DNA of 64,000 nucleotides, from NCBI RefSeq assembly GCF_001677475.2, contig NZ_CP015229.1; one strand, given 5' to 3'. Shown here one piece after another: positions 1 to 12,211 of the stretch. Source of the DNA: Escherichia coli. GTDB taxonomy: Bacteria > Pseudomonadota > Gammaproteobacteria > Enterobacterales > Enterobacteriaceae. The translations under genes and the position numbers were made by a program. The notes under the pieces were generated by a model, which did no database searches, was not told the DNA's origin, and was given only the letters and a program-made list of their open reading frames with translations. Within the stretch, counting starts at the first letter, position 1. Each line of letters begins with the position of its first letter.

Positions 1-1393
1 CAGCCAGTGCACGTATAGCGGCGACAAAACAGGCCATCGGCGCAGTGGTGATCCCGGCACCAATTTGCCCGACTCCCGCTTGTTTGTGGGCGATACCCGT
101 ATTGATGACCGGTAAAATGCCGCGATCGGTAACTTTACGCGCATCAATCCCTGCTGCGGTGGGGGCAAAATTGAGGGCAGGAAGTGTAAATGCGGGGTTA
201 CCGCCGAGGGTGATTGCCTGCATCCGACGGCTGTTATTGGTGGCATCGGCAGGTGTGCCTCCCACAAATTTAACGATTGCCGGAGATGACGCCATCGCGA
301 AGCCACCTACACCAGCGGTTTCGGTAATTGCGCTATCGCCCAAGTCAGCAGCGGCGTCGTCAACGCCAAATCCAGGGAAGAACAGACCTTCAACTGCATT
401 GGCGGGAGCCTGGAACCAGCGATCGCCAGTACCGGAAAGCCGAATACCAAAATTCACCCCGTTACGCGCCATCACCGTAACCATTGAACTGAACGGTACA
501 TTGGCGGCGGCATCCATCATTGCTTTACAGGCAGCCATCGACAGATTGAGGAAGAAGTGATCGTTACCGGTGATAAATGCTACGACGCGCTGGATATGTT
601 CCTGTGGAAGAGAGCGGGCCAGCAATGCCGGGATCAGACGCTTAATCAGCAAACCGGTAGCGGCAGCATTGCGGTTATGAACTTCATCCCCCATATGTAG
701 CGCCTGCGCCATTAATGGCTTGAGTTCCAGCTCGCCGTGTTGTGCGATTGCTGCTTTCATTGCCGGAGCCAGTTCATCGCGCATCCAGGCCAGACGATTG
801 AGAACTTCGTCGTTATTGGCGCCAAAACGGAGAACCTTACCCAGACCTTCATTGAAATTACTAAAAGTACGATGACCGTTGGTTTTATTTTCCACCACCC
901 ATAACGGCATTGACGGGCTGATGATGCCTGCCATTGGTCCAACCGCGTGATAATGATGACAAGGGGCAAGGTCGATTTCGCCTGCGTTTATCTGGTTTTC
1001 TGCGTCTTGCTGGCTGGTGGCCCAACCTTCGTACAGCATGGCACCAATAATCGCCCCTTTTACCGGACCACACATCTCTTCCCAGGTAATCGGCGGGCCA
1101 GAGTGCAAAATACGTTTTTGTTCAGCCATTGCTGGAATGGCCTCTTTAGCGAGCATGACATCCACCAGCACGGGCTGTGCTTCGAGATAACGTGTCATGG
1201 CGATTTGGTTGGCATTTTCTACCAGTGGATGACGTAGCAACGATGCCAGATCCAATCCAGCGTCAATATCGCCTTGTGCTGGTGGCTGCCAGTTGAGTGC
1301 AATTGCGCTTCCCCCGGCATGTTGAATATTGTCAGCAAAACTGTGTAGTCCCGCGTTCACGACCTTCAAAGACTGATTAAATAAGGTATTCAT
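1..1393 (-). CDS. Putative YlbE/YahG-like protein (DUF1116 suggested by synteny), C-terminus beyond window start
   Basis: Hand translation of the minus strand from ATG at 1393-1391 (MNTLFNQSLKVVNAGLHSF...) stays open to position 1. Start overlaps the upstream stop as ATGA. Family assignment rests on position downstream of an fdrA-like gene, not on recognised motifs. Confidence 0.5.
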   Translation of the reverse strand, partial: MNTLFNQSLKVVNAGLHSFADNIQHAGGSAIALNWQPPAQGDIDAGLDLASLLRHPLVENANQIAMTRYLEAQPVLVDVMLAKEAIPAMAEQKRILHSGPPITWEEMCGPVKGAIIGAMLYEGWATSQQDAENQINAGEIDLAPCHHYHAVGPMAGIISPSMPLWVVENKTNGHRTFSNFNEGLGKVLRFGANNDEVLNRLAWMRDELAPAMKAAIAQHGELELKPLMAQALHMGDEVHNRNAAATGLLIKRLIPALLARSLPQEHIQRVVAFITGNDHFFLNLSMAACKAMMDAAANVPFSSMVTVMARNGVNFGIRLSGTGDRWFQAPANAVEGLFFPGFGVDDAAADLGDSAITETAGVGGFAMASSPAIVKFVGGTPADATNNSRRMQAITLGGNPAFTLPALNFAPTAAGIDARKVTDRGILPVINTGIAHKQAGVGQIGAGITTAPMACFVAAIRALA

Positions 1394-2949
1394 GCGTTTA
1401 GCCCCTTTTTCTGCAACTGAGTCTGTGCAACGGTGCTGGCCCATAGCGCCGCCTGTGCATTGCTGCTGGCGATGATGACCCCTGCATTTTGTAGTGCGCT
1501 TATCTGCTGGCTGCGTATTTGCGGATCAGCTTCCGTTCCGCAAACGTGCGCAATCAGCAACGGTGCGTTATTCATGTCGATGTGTGAAAGTTGGTCCAGT
1601 AATTCGCTGGCAGGCGTCGTGGAAGCGCCATAACCAAGTACCAGGTCGAATAACACGACGGCAGTGTGTGAGTCGTTGAGTTCGTTGAGCAGACGTTGAT
1701 TGCGCAGAGTCGGATCGATCATTGGATGCGGTTTGCCACGGGTGAAATCATCGTCGCCCATATCGATCAACGTGTGATCTTCGCTTTGCCAGATATTTGC
1801 CAGAGCACGATTACCCGCAACTGGCGTATTGGAAGCTGCGCTGAATCCCTTTTGTTGGCAGATAAGTTGCGCTTCGTAGCAGAAGGTTCCTCCGGCGAAA
1901 ACACCGCGTATCGCCTGGCGATGGGCTGGCAGGCGCTGGCAGGCGTTTTGTAACATTGTGAGATCGTCGCAGGGTACATCGGTTTCGACAGCCGGAAATG
2001 GCTGAGCATTCAGTAACGCCACAGCGATGTCGGCGGCGCTGGCAAGTGTGGTGGCGGCAGTGATATTGGGACGTGCCAGATCATGCGGATTCGCCCCGAG
2101 GAAATTCACCACCACGGGTTTTCCACAAGCCTCGGCGCGCTCCAGAATAGTCCGGGCAACGATCGGTGAAGGCGGTTTTGAAATAAGCACAATCACGCGA
2201 GTTTCATCGTCTTGCGCCAGCGCATCTAAAGCGAAGAGCATCGATATTCCACTAATCTCTTCACTGAGATCATGTCCGCCTGTTCCCAACGCCTGAGAAA
2301 TACCCGCTCCGAGCTGGTCGATTCGGCAAGTCACTTCCTGTAGCCCGGTGCCTGACGCGCCAATAACACCAATCGCTCCACGTTTCACCACATTGGCGAA
2401 GCCTAACGGAATGCCGTTAACGATGGCGGTTCCACAGTCAGGTCCCATTACGATGCGCTGACGTTCTCGGGCAAGTGTTTTGATGGATTTTTCCTGCGCG
2501 ATACTGACGTTATCGCTGAACATCATCACGTTCATTCCGAGGTTTAACGCTTTAATTGCTTCGGCGGCGGCGTAGTCTCCCGGTACAGAAATGAGTGCCA
2601 GGTTGGCTTCGGGTTCGGCTTCCAGTGCCATTTCCAGGCTGACCTTTTCCGGTGTTTTAATGCCACTACCCGTTTCATCATCGGGTTTGCTGGTCAGACG
2701 TTGCTGGGCCAGTACCAGTGCTTCATTGCAAATATCTTCTTCACCCATGACTGCAATCACTAAATCATTGGGACTGGCGTTGATTTCGTTACCCAGACCC
2801 ACATCGCGCAATTGTTCGAGATTATTGGGTGTTCCCATGACGACCGAAGCCTGTTGAATACCGGGCAATTTGCTGATTTGCGCGGAAATCTGCATCAGAG
2901 AAACCGAGTCCTGATAAAGATTGCTGAGAACTTTATGTTTAACTTTCAT
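1390..2949 (-). CDS. FdrA-like protein (succinyl-CoA synthetase alpha-like CoA-binding fold)
   Basis: 519 aa ORF; N-terminal YQDSVSLMQIS motif typical of FdrA/YahF; glycine-rich GVIGASGTG segment. Confidence 0.8.
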   Translation of the reverse strand: MKVKHKVLSNLYQDSVSLMQISAQISKLPGIQQASVVMGTPNNLEQLRDVGLGNEINASPNDLVIAVMGEEDICNEALVLAQQRLTSKPDDETGSGIKTPEKVSLEMALEAEPEANLALISVPGDYAAAEAIKALNLGMNVMMFSDNVSIAQEKSIKTLARERQRIVMGPDCGTAIVNGIPLGFANVVKRGAIGVIGASGTGLQEVTCRIDQLGAGISQALGTGGHDLSEEISGISMLFALDALAQDDETRVIVLISKPPSPIVARTILERAEACGKPVVVNFLGANPHDLARPNITAATTLASAADIAVALLNAQPFPAVETDVPCDDLTMLQNACQRLPAHRQAIRGVFAGGTFCYEAQLICQQKGFSAASNTPVAGNRALANIWQSEDHTLIDMGDDDFTRGKPHPMIDPTLRNQRLLNELNDSHTAVVLFDLVLGYGASTTPASELLDQLSHIDMNNAPLLIAHVCGTEADPQIRSQQISALQNAGVIIASSNAQAALWASTVAQTQLQKKGLNA

Positions 2950-3043
2950 GCTGTTACGCCTGTTTCATTCCGCCCGATAGTAAAATTCGGGCAAAGCATC
3001 CCCGTGTAGCGCCATAAATGAGCTACAGGAGAAAAGGTTGAAA

Positions 3044-3904
3044 TCAATTCATGGTGTTCAGGGTTCGAAAGCCATGCAGCATTCCTGCAAGGCAATCCAC
3101 TCCTGACGTTGCGCCAAATTGCATGACCTGTTCTGCACAGGATGCGATTGTCATTGCCGATGCGCCCCCAACCAGTTGTGCGAGTAACTGGCAAATCGGT
3201 TCTGAAAAATGCCCCCGAAGCGCACGCTCCAGATAATGACGACTGATGTCAGTGGTGTTGTGCGCATGTTGATCAATTGCCTGCTGCAACCGGTATTGAT
3301 GAGCGGCAAGTGGTGCAGGTAGTTGCCATAACCAGAGCGCTGCCAGATAGCCCAACAAATAGTCATCTCCATCGGGAGTTAAGCCTTTGCCAAAGCCGAT
3401 CAGTTGTGGCACCTGGCGTTCCAGCGCATCTGGATGTTCCATAATCTCTAATCCCTGGTGCGTGAGACTATCCGGCAGGTGCAATGTGCTTTGAACGTTA
3501 TGCTCCAGACAAAATAAAAGCCGTTGCGATGCCATCGTTGGGTAGTGCTGGAAAACCAAAGGGAACGCCTCAAGTGTCAGCCTTCCTCCCACAAATGACG
3601 GCTGCCAGAGCGTTGCGTTATCGAGAGCCACACAAAAGCGAGGTGTCTGCAGCAAGCCTGGGGTTAACTGAACGGGATCGGAATGGGCAATCTCTCTTCG
3701 CCAGTCCCAACGCTTAGGCAGCCAGACTCTGGCAGCATCAGGGAGATTCAGATACGTTTGCGCACACAACAGGGTGATGAATGTTCCCGCTTCTGAATAC
3801 AGATTTACCGCATGTTTAAAAGCACTGTGCAGACGTAAATCTTGCGTTTCATTCCACGGGAAAAGATATCCCAACGACGATGCGCAAAGCGTAACCTGTA
3901 CCAT
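3044..3904 (-). CDS. Putative YlbF/YahE-like protein (DUF2877 suggested)
   Basis: 286 aa ORF with a GKGLTPDGDD motif, sitting immediately upstream of the fdrA-like gene as in the fdrA-ylbE-ylbF and yahEFG paralogue sets. Confidence 0.5.
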   Translation of the reverse strand: MVQVTLCASSLGYLFPWNETQDLRLHSAFKHAVNLYSEAGTFITLLCAQTYLNLPDAARVWLPKRWDWRREIAHSDPVQLTPGLLQTPRFCVALDNATLWQPSFVGGRLTLEAFPLVFQHYPTMASQRLLFCLEHNVQSTLHLPDSLTHQGLEIMEHPDALERQVPQLIGFGKGLTPDGDDYLLGYLAALWLWQLPAPLAAHQYRLQQAIDQHAHNTTDISRHYLERALRGHFSEPICQLLAQLVGGASAMTIASCAEQVMQFGATSGVDCLAGMLHGFRTLNTMN

Positions 3905-3909
3905 CGGTG

Positions 3910-4578
3910 TTAGCCTTCCAGGCCTGCAATAATGGCTTTGGAATCAGTAACCCAACCGAAAATGGCACCTTGTGCTTTGATCATCTCCAGGGCGTATTTC
4001 TGGAATTCCGGGAAATAGGAGCCAACGCAATCTTCCGGGATGATGCACTCATAACCACGATCATTCGCTTCGCGCACGGTGGTGGTCACACAGACTTCCG
4101 TGGTTACTCCGCAAACAATCAGCGTTTTGATGCCGTGGTTTTGCAAAATCAGATGTAAGTCGGTTTGATAAAAAGCGCCTTTGCCGGGTTTATCAATCAC
4201 CGGTTCGCCTGCGACCGGGTACAGTTCAGGAATGATGTCATGACCTGCTTCACCTCTGACCAGAATGCGCCCCATCGGGCCTGCTTCACCAATAAAGGTT
4301 TTACCGCCGCGCGTCAGTTTGGCTGGTGGGCAGTCGCTTAAGTCTGCACGATGGCCTTCACGGGTATGAATAACCATAATTCCTTTTTGACGTGCGGCTG
4401 CCAGCACCTCTGTACATGGAGCGATAGCCGTGCGTACCAGTGAAACATCATTGCCCAGTGCCTCACCGAAGCCCCCTGCTTCGACAAAGTCACGCTGCAT
4501 GTCGATCATGACCAGTGCAGTTGTGCGCGGATCAAAAGGTAATTCAAAGGGTTGAGCCTGAAAAATGGATTGCGTCAT
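3910..4578 (-). CDS. Isochorismatase-family cysteine hydrolase (amidohydrolase-like)
   Basis: 222 aa ORF; MIDMQRDF aspartate motif near the N-terminus and LIVCGVTTEVCV cysteine motif; 5 nt from the next gene. Confidence 0.75.
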   Translation of the reverse strand: MTQSIFQAQPFELPFDPRTTALVMIDMQRDFVEAGGFGEALGNDVSLVRTAIAPCTEVLAAARQKGIMVIHTREGHRADLSDCPPAKLTRGGKTFIGEAGPMGRILVRGEAGHDIIPELYPVAGEPVIDKPGKGAFYQTDLHLILQNHGIKTLIVCGVTTEVCVTTTVREANDRGYECIIPEDCVGSYFPEFQKYALEMIKAQGAIFGWVTDSKAIIAGLEG

Positions 4579-4835
4579 GGTAAATCTCCTGTCTGATGTT
4601 TAAACGATCCAGTTGTTCTGAGAACGAGTATTCAGGAGAAAAGCGGCACAAAACAGGAAAAAAGTTTGCCGCACAGCAACGAAATTTTTGCATTCAGCAG
4701 GCGGCGTGATGACGAATGTGAAGGGGGTCAAATCGTGGCATACAGCAACAAAATTTTTGATGCTGTATGGTTTTGAGTTTAAAAAAATCGTTGAAATTGT
4801 GTGAGCTTAAGCACCTGAGTTAGCTGCTATGGTGG

Positions 4836-5645
4836 TTATTTTTTAACACCATACTGCTTAAACCACTCCAGCATACGCTGCCAGCCATCTTTTGCAGATG
4901 CGGCATGATAGCTCGGGCGATAATCAGCGTTGAATGCATGCCCGGCGTCCGGGTACACGATAATCTCTGCTTTCGCATTAGCAGCCCGCAGCGCCTGGCG
5001 CATGGTTTCAACGCTCTCCTGCGGAATGCTGTTATCCTGACCACCATATAAGCCGAGAACCGGCGCGTTAAGATCGGTTGCGATATCAACAGGTTGTTTC
5101 GGTGAATTCAGCGACTTATCGCCTGTCAGTTTGCCGTACCATGCCACCGCCGCTTTCAGTTGCGGGTTATGCGCAGCATACAGCCAGGTGATACGTCCAC
5201 CCCAGCAGAATCCGGTGATCATTAAACGATGAACATCGCCGCCGTTGCGGGAAGCCCAACTGGCGACATGATCGAGATCGGCCAGCACCTGCGAGTCAGG
5301 CACTTTTGCTACCAGACCGCTAAGCAACGTGGGGATATCGGCAAAATCATTCGGATCGCCTTCGCGGAAGTAAAGTTCAGGTGCGATAGCCAGATATCCC
5401 TCCAGCGCCAGACGGCGACAAATGTCGCGGATATGTTCATGCACGCCAAAAATTTCCTGCACTACAATGACCACTGGCAGTGGGCCATCGCTTTGCTTTG
5501 GTCTGGCATGGTAAGCAGGCATGTTATCCCCTTGTGAGGGGATAGAGGTGAAGCCCGCCGCAATCGCGTCGTCCGGGGTCTGAACGATGGTCGAAGCGAG
5601 AGGCGATGCAGCAGGTGCAAATCCAGATTGTTGTGTTGTTGCCAT
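4836..5645 (-). CDS. ysgA: Dienelactone hydrolase-family protein
   Basis: ORF 4836-5711; start placed at internal MATTQQSGF (about 270 aa); position upstream of udp matches K-12. Confidence 0.8.
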   Translation of the reverse strand: MATTQQSGFAPAASPLASTIVQTPDDAIAAGFTSIPSQGDNMPAYHARPKQSDGPLPVVIVVQEIFGVHEHIRDICRRLALEGYLAIAPELYFREGDPNDFADIPTLLSGLVAKVPDSQVLADLDHVASWASRNGGDVHRLMITGFCWGGRITWLYAAHNPQLKAAVAWYGKLTGDKSLNSPKQPVDIATDLNAPVLGLYGGQDNSIPQESVETMRQALRAANAKAEIIVYPDAGHAFNADYRPSYHAASAKDGWQRMLEWFKQYGVKK

Positions 5646-5765
5646 GGTATTCTCCGTACCCTTATAAAAATGTTGCGCAATGTTAACTATAGTCAGCATG
5701 CAACAAATCACATTGCCTGAATCGGCTCATCTTTTATGCAGTCCTGCAGAATGAAGAGTGATTTA

Positions 5766-5833
5766 TGTGATTTGCATCACTTTTGGTGGGTAAATTTATG
5801 CAACGCATTTGCGTCATGGTGATGAGTATCACG
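5766..5833 (+). promoter_or_regulatory. udp promoter region with two CRP-like sites about 52 bp apart
   Basis: TGTGAtttgcaTCACt at 5766-5781 and GTGAtgagtaTCAC at 5818-5833, upstream of udp. Confidence 0.6.
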
Positions 5834-5906
5834 AAAAAATGTTAAACCCTTCGGTAAAGTGTCTTTTTGCTTCTTCTGACTAAACCGATTCACAGAGGAG
5901 TTGTAT

Positions 5907-6668
5907 ATGTCCAAGTCTGATGTTTTTCATCTCGGCCTCACTAAAAACGATTTACAAGGGGCTACGCTTGCCATCGTCCCTGGCGACCCGGATCGTGTGG
6001 AAAAGATCGCCGCGCTGATGGATAAGCCGGTTAAGCTGGCATCTCACCGCGAATTCACCACCTGGCGTGCAGAGCTGGATGGTAAACCTGTTATCGTCTG
6101 CTCTACCGGTATCGGCGGCCCGTCTACCTCTATTGCTGTTGAAGAGCTGGCACAGCTGGGCATTCGCACCTTCCTGCGTATCGGTACAACGGGCGCTATT
6201 CAGCCGCATATTAATGTGGGTGATGTCCTGGTTACCACGGCGTCTGTCCGTCTGGATGGCGCGAGCCTGCACTTCGCACCGCTGGAATTCCCGGCTGTCG
6301 CTGATTTCGAATGTACGACTGCGCTGGTTGAGGCTGCGAAATCCATCGGCGCGACGACTCACGTTGGCGTGACGGCTTCTTCTGATACCTTCTACCCAGG
6401 TCAGGAACGTTACGATACTTACTCTGGTCGCGTAGTTCGTCACTTTAAAGGTTCTATGGAAGAGTGGCAGGCGATGGGCGTAATGAACTATGAAATGGAA
6501 TCTGCAACCCTGCTGACCATGTGTGCAAGTCAGGGTCTACGTGCCGGTATGGTAGCGGGTGTTATCGTTAACCGCACCCAGCAAGAGATCCCGAATGCTG
6601 AGACGATGAAACAAACTGAAAGCCAAGCGGTGAAAATCGTGGTGGAAGCGGCGCGTCGTCTGCTGTAA
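5907..6668 (+). CDS. udp: Uridine phosphorylase
   Basis: [36 protein letters not shown]-terminus; about 253 aa. Confidence 0.95.
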   Translation: MSKSDVFHLGLTKNDLQGATLAIVPGDPDRVEKIAALMDKPVKLASHREFTTWRAELDGKPVIVCSTGIGGPSTSIAVEELAQLGIRTFLRIGTTGAIQPHINVGDVLVTTASVRLDGASLHFAPLEFPAVADFECTTALVEAAKSIGATTHVGVTASSDTFYPGQERYDTYSGRVVRHFKGSMEEWQAMGVMNYEMESATLLTMCASQGLRAGMVAGVIVNRTQQEIPNAETMKQTESQAVKIVVEAARRLL

Positions 6669-6686
6669 TCCTCTTCTCCTGTCTGA

Positions 6687-6717
6687 AGGCCGACGCGTTC
6701 GGCCTTTTGTATTTTTG
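6687..6717 (+). terminator. Intrinsic terminator after udp
   Basis: aaggccgacgcgttcggcctt hairpin followed by a T-rich tract. Confidence 0.7.
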
Positions 6718-6808
6718 CGTAGCGCCTCGCAGGAAATGCCTTTCCAACTGGACGTTTGTACAGCACAATTCTATTTTGTGCGGGTAAGTTGTTGCGTCAG
6801 GAGGCGTT

Positions 6809-8236
6809 GTGGATTTCTCAATCATGGTTTACGCAGTTATTGCGTTGGTGGGTGTGGCAATTGGCTGGCTGTTTGCCAGTTATCAACATGCGCAGCAAAA
6901 AGCCGAGCAATTAGCTGAACGTGAAGAGATGGTCGCGGAGTTAAGCGCGGCAAAACAACAAATTACCCAAAGTGAGCACTGGCGCGCTGAGTGCGAGTTA
7001 CTCAATAACGAAGTGCGCAGCCTGCAAAGTATTAACACCTCTCTGGAGGCCGATCTGCGTGAAGTAACCACGCGGATGGAAGCCGCACAGCAACATGCTG
7101 ACGATAAAATTCGCCAGATGATTAACAGCGAGCAGCGCCTCAGTGAGCAGTTTGAAAACCTCGCCAACCGTATTTTTGAGCACAGCAATCGCCGGGTTGA
7201 TGAGCAAAACCGTCAGAGTCTGAACAGCCTGTTGTCGCCGCTACGTGAACAACTGGACGGTTTCCGCCGTCAGGTTCAGGACAGCTTCGGTAAAGAAGCA
7301 CAAGAACGCCATACCCTGACCCACGAAATTCGCAATCTCCAGCAACTCAACGCGCAAATGGCCCAGGAGGCGATCAACCTGACGCGCGCGCTGAAAGGCG
7401 ACAATAAAACTCAGGGCAACTGGGGCGAGGTAGTATTGACGCGGGTGCTGGAGGCTTCCGGTCTGCGTGAAGGGTATGAATATGAAACCCAGGTCAGCAT
7501 CGAAAATGACGCCCGCTCGCGGATGCAGCCGGATGTCATCGTGCGGCTGCCGCAGGGAAAAGATGTGGTGATCGACGCCAAAATGACGCTGGTCGCCTAT
7601 GAACGCTATTTTAACGCCGATGACGACTACACCCGCGAAAGCGCGCTACAGGAACATATCGCGTCGGTGCGTAACCATATCCGTTTGCTGGGACGCAAAG
7701 ATTATCAACAGCTGCCGGGGCTGCGAACCCTGGATTACGTGCTGATGTTTATTCCCGTTGAACCCGCTTTTTTACTGGCGCTTGACCGCCAGCCGGAGCT
7801 GATCACCGAAGCGTTGAAAAACAATATCATGCTGGTTAGCCCGACCACGCTGCTGGTGGCGCTGCGCACTATCGCCAACCTCTGGCGCTATGAGCATCAA
7901 AGTCGTAACGCCCAGAAAATAGCCGATCACGCCAGCAAGCTGTACGACAAGATGCGTTTGTTCGTCGATGACATGTCAGCGATTGGTCAAAGTCTCGACA
8001 AAGCGCAGGATAACTACCGCCAGGCAATGAAAAAACTCTCTTCAGGTCGCGGAAATGTGCTGGCGCAGGCAGAAGCGTTCCGCGGTTTAGGAGTAGAAAT
8101 TAAACGCGAGATTAATCCGGATTTGGCTGAACAGGCGGTGAGCCAGGATGAAGAGTATCGACTTCGGTCGGTTCCGGAGCAGCCGAATGATGAAGCTTAT
8201 CAACGCGATGATGAATATAATCAGCAGTCGCGCTAG
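6809..8236 (+). CDS. rmuC: DNA recombination protein RmuC
   Basis: 475 aa ORF with N-terminal membrane anchor and long coiled-coil region; conserved position. Confidence 0.9.
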   Translation: MDFSIMVYAVIALVGVAIGWLFASYQHAQQKAEQLAEREEMVAELSAAKQQITQSEHWRAECELLNNEVRSLQSINTSLEADLREVTTRMEAAQQHADDKIRQMINSEQRLSEQFENLANRIFEHSNRRVDEQNRQSLNSLLSPLREQLDGFRRQVQDSFGKEAQERHTLTHEIRNLQQLNAQMAQEAINLTRALKGDNKTQGNWGEVVLTRVLEASGLREGYEYETQVSIENDARSRMQPDVIVRLPQGKDVVIDAKMTLVAYERYFNADDDYTRESALQEHIASVRNHIRLLGRKDYQQLPGLRTLDYVLMFIPVEPAFLLALDRQPELITEALKNNIMLVSPTTLLVALRTIANLWRYEHQSRNAQKIADHASKLYDKMRLFVDDMSAIGQSLDKAQDNYRQAMKKLSSGRGNVLAQAEAFRGLGVEIKREINPDLAEQAVSQDEEYRLRSVPEQPNDEAYQRDDEYNQQSR

Positions 8237-8330
8237 CCCATTGGGGGTAGTTAAGCCGGGTAGAAATCTAGGGCATCGACGCCCAATCTGTTACACTTCT
8301 GGAACAATTTTTTGATGAGCAGGCATTGAG

Positions 8331-9086
8331 ATGGTGGATAAGTCACAAGAAACGACGCACTTTGGTTTTCAGACCGTCGCGAAGGAACAAAAAGCGGATA
8401 TGGTCGCCCACGTTTTCCATTCCGTGGCATCAAAATACGATGTCATGAATGATTTGATGTCATTCGGTATTCATCGTTTGTGGAAGCGATTCACGATTGA
8501 TTGCAGCGGCGTACGTCGTGGGCAGACCGTGCTGGATCTGGCTGGTGGTACCGGTGACCTGACAGCGAAATTCTCCCGCCTGGTCGGTGAAACTGGCAAA
8601 GTGGTCCTTGCTGATATCAATGAATCTATGCTCAAAATGGGGCGCGAGAAACTGCGTAATATCGGCGTGATTGGCAACGTTGAGTATGTTCAGGCGAACG
8701 CCGAGGCGCTGCCGTTCCCGGATAACACCTTTGATTGCATCACCATTTCGTTTGGTCTGCGTAACGTCACCGACAAAGATAAAGCACTACGTTCAATGTA
8801 TCGCGTGCTGAAACCCGGCGGCCGCCTGCTGGTGCTTGAGTTCTCGAAACCGATTATCGAACCATTAAGCAAAGCTTATGACGCTTACTCCTTCCATGTT
8901 CTGCCGCGTATTGGCTCGCTGGTCGCGAATGACGCCGACAGCTACCGTTATCTGGCTGAATCCATCCGTATGCATCCCGATCAGGATACTCTGAAAGCCA
9001 TGATGCAAGATGCCGGATTCGAAAGTGTCGATTATTACAACCTGACGGCTGGCGTTGTGGCGCTGCATCGTGGGTATAAGTTCTGA
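8331..9086 (+). CDS. ubiE: Ubiquinone/menaquinone C-methyltransferase
   Basis: 251 aa; SAM-binding [11 protein letters not shown] motif. Confidence 0.95.
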
Positions 9087-9099
9087 CAGGAGACCGGAA

Positions 9100-11342
<2,243 letters not shown>

Positions 11343-11420
11343 TTTTTTCATCGCTCAAGGCGGGCCGTGTAACGTATAATGCGGCCTTGTTTAATCATCA
11401 TCTACCACAGAGGAACATGT

Positions 11421-11690
11421 ATGGGTGGTATCAGTATTTGGCAGTTATTGATTATTGCCGTCATCGTTGTACTGCTTTTTGGCACCAAAAAGCTCGGCTC
11501 CATCGGTTCCGATCTTGGTGCGTCGATCAAAGGCTTTAAAAAAGCAATGAGCGATGATGAACCAAAGCAGGATAAAACCAGTCAGGATGCTGATTTTACT
11601 GCGAAAACTATCGCCGATAAGCAGGCGGATACGAATCAGGAACAGGCTAAAACAGAAGACGCGAAGCGCCACGATAAAGAGCAGGTGTAA
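11421..11690 (+). CDS. tatA: Twin-arginine translocase subunit TatA
   Basis: [33 protein letters not shown], 89 aa. Confidence 0.95.
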   Translation: MGGISIWQLLIIAVIVVLLFGTKKLGSIGSDLGASIKGFKKAMSDDEPKQDKTSQDADFTAKTIADKQADTNQEQAKTEDAKRHDKEQV

Positions 11691-11693
11691 TCC

Positions 11694-12209
11694 GTGTTTG
11701 ATATCGGTTTTAGCGAACTGCTATTGGTGTTCATCATCGGCCTCGTCGTTCTGGGGCCGCAACGACTGCCTGTGGCTGTAAAAACGGTCGCGGGCTGGAT
11801 TCGCGCGTTGCGTTCACTGGCGACAACGGTGCAGAACGAACTGACCCAGGAGTTAAAACTCCAGGAGTTTCAGGACAGTCTGAAAAAGGTTGAAAAGGCG
11901 AGCCTCACTAACCTGACGCCCGAACTGAAAGCGTCGATGGATGAACTACGCCAGGCCGCGGAGTCGATGAAGCGTTCCTACGTTGCAAACGATCCTGAAA
12001 AGGCGAGTGATGAAGCGCACACCATCCACAACCCGGTGGTGAAAGACAATGAAGCTGCGCATGAAGGCGTAACGCCTGCTGCTGCACAAACGCAGGCCAG
12101 TTCGCCGGAACAGAAGCCAGAAACCACGCCAGAGCCGGTGGTAAAACCTGCTGCGGACGCTGAACCGAAAACCGCTGCACCTTCCCCTTCGTCGAGTGAT
12201 AAACCGTAA
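11694..12209 (+). CDS. tatB: Twin-arginine translocase subunit TatB
   Basis: [26 protein letters not shown], 171 aa. Confidence 0.95.
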
Positions 12210-12211
12210 AC

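Noticed and set aside
45-1237. Plus-strand ORFs 45-560 and 947-1237 at the window start
   Set aside because: They are antisense to the long minus-strand reading frame that runs from 1393 to the window edge and is translationally coupled to the fdrA-like gene; the plus-strand translations are Ala/Pro-rich shadow frames.
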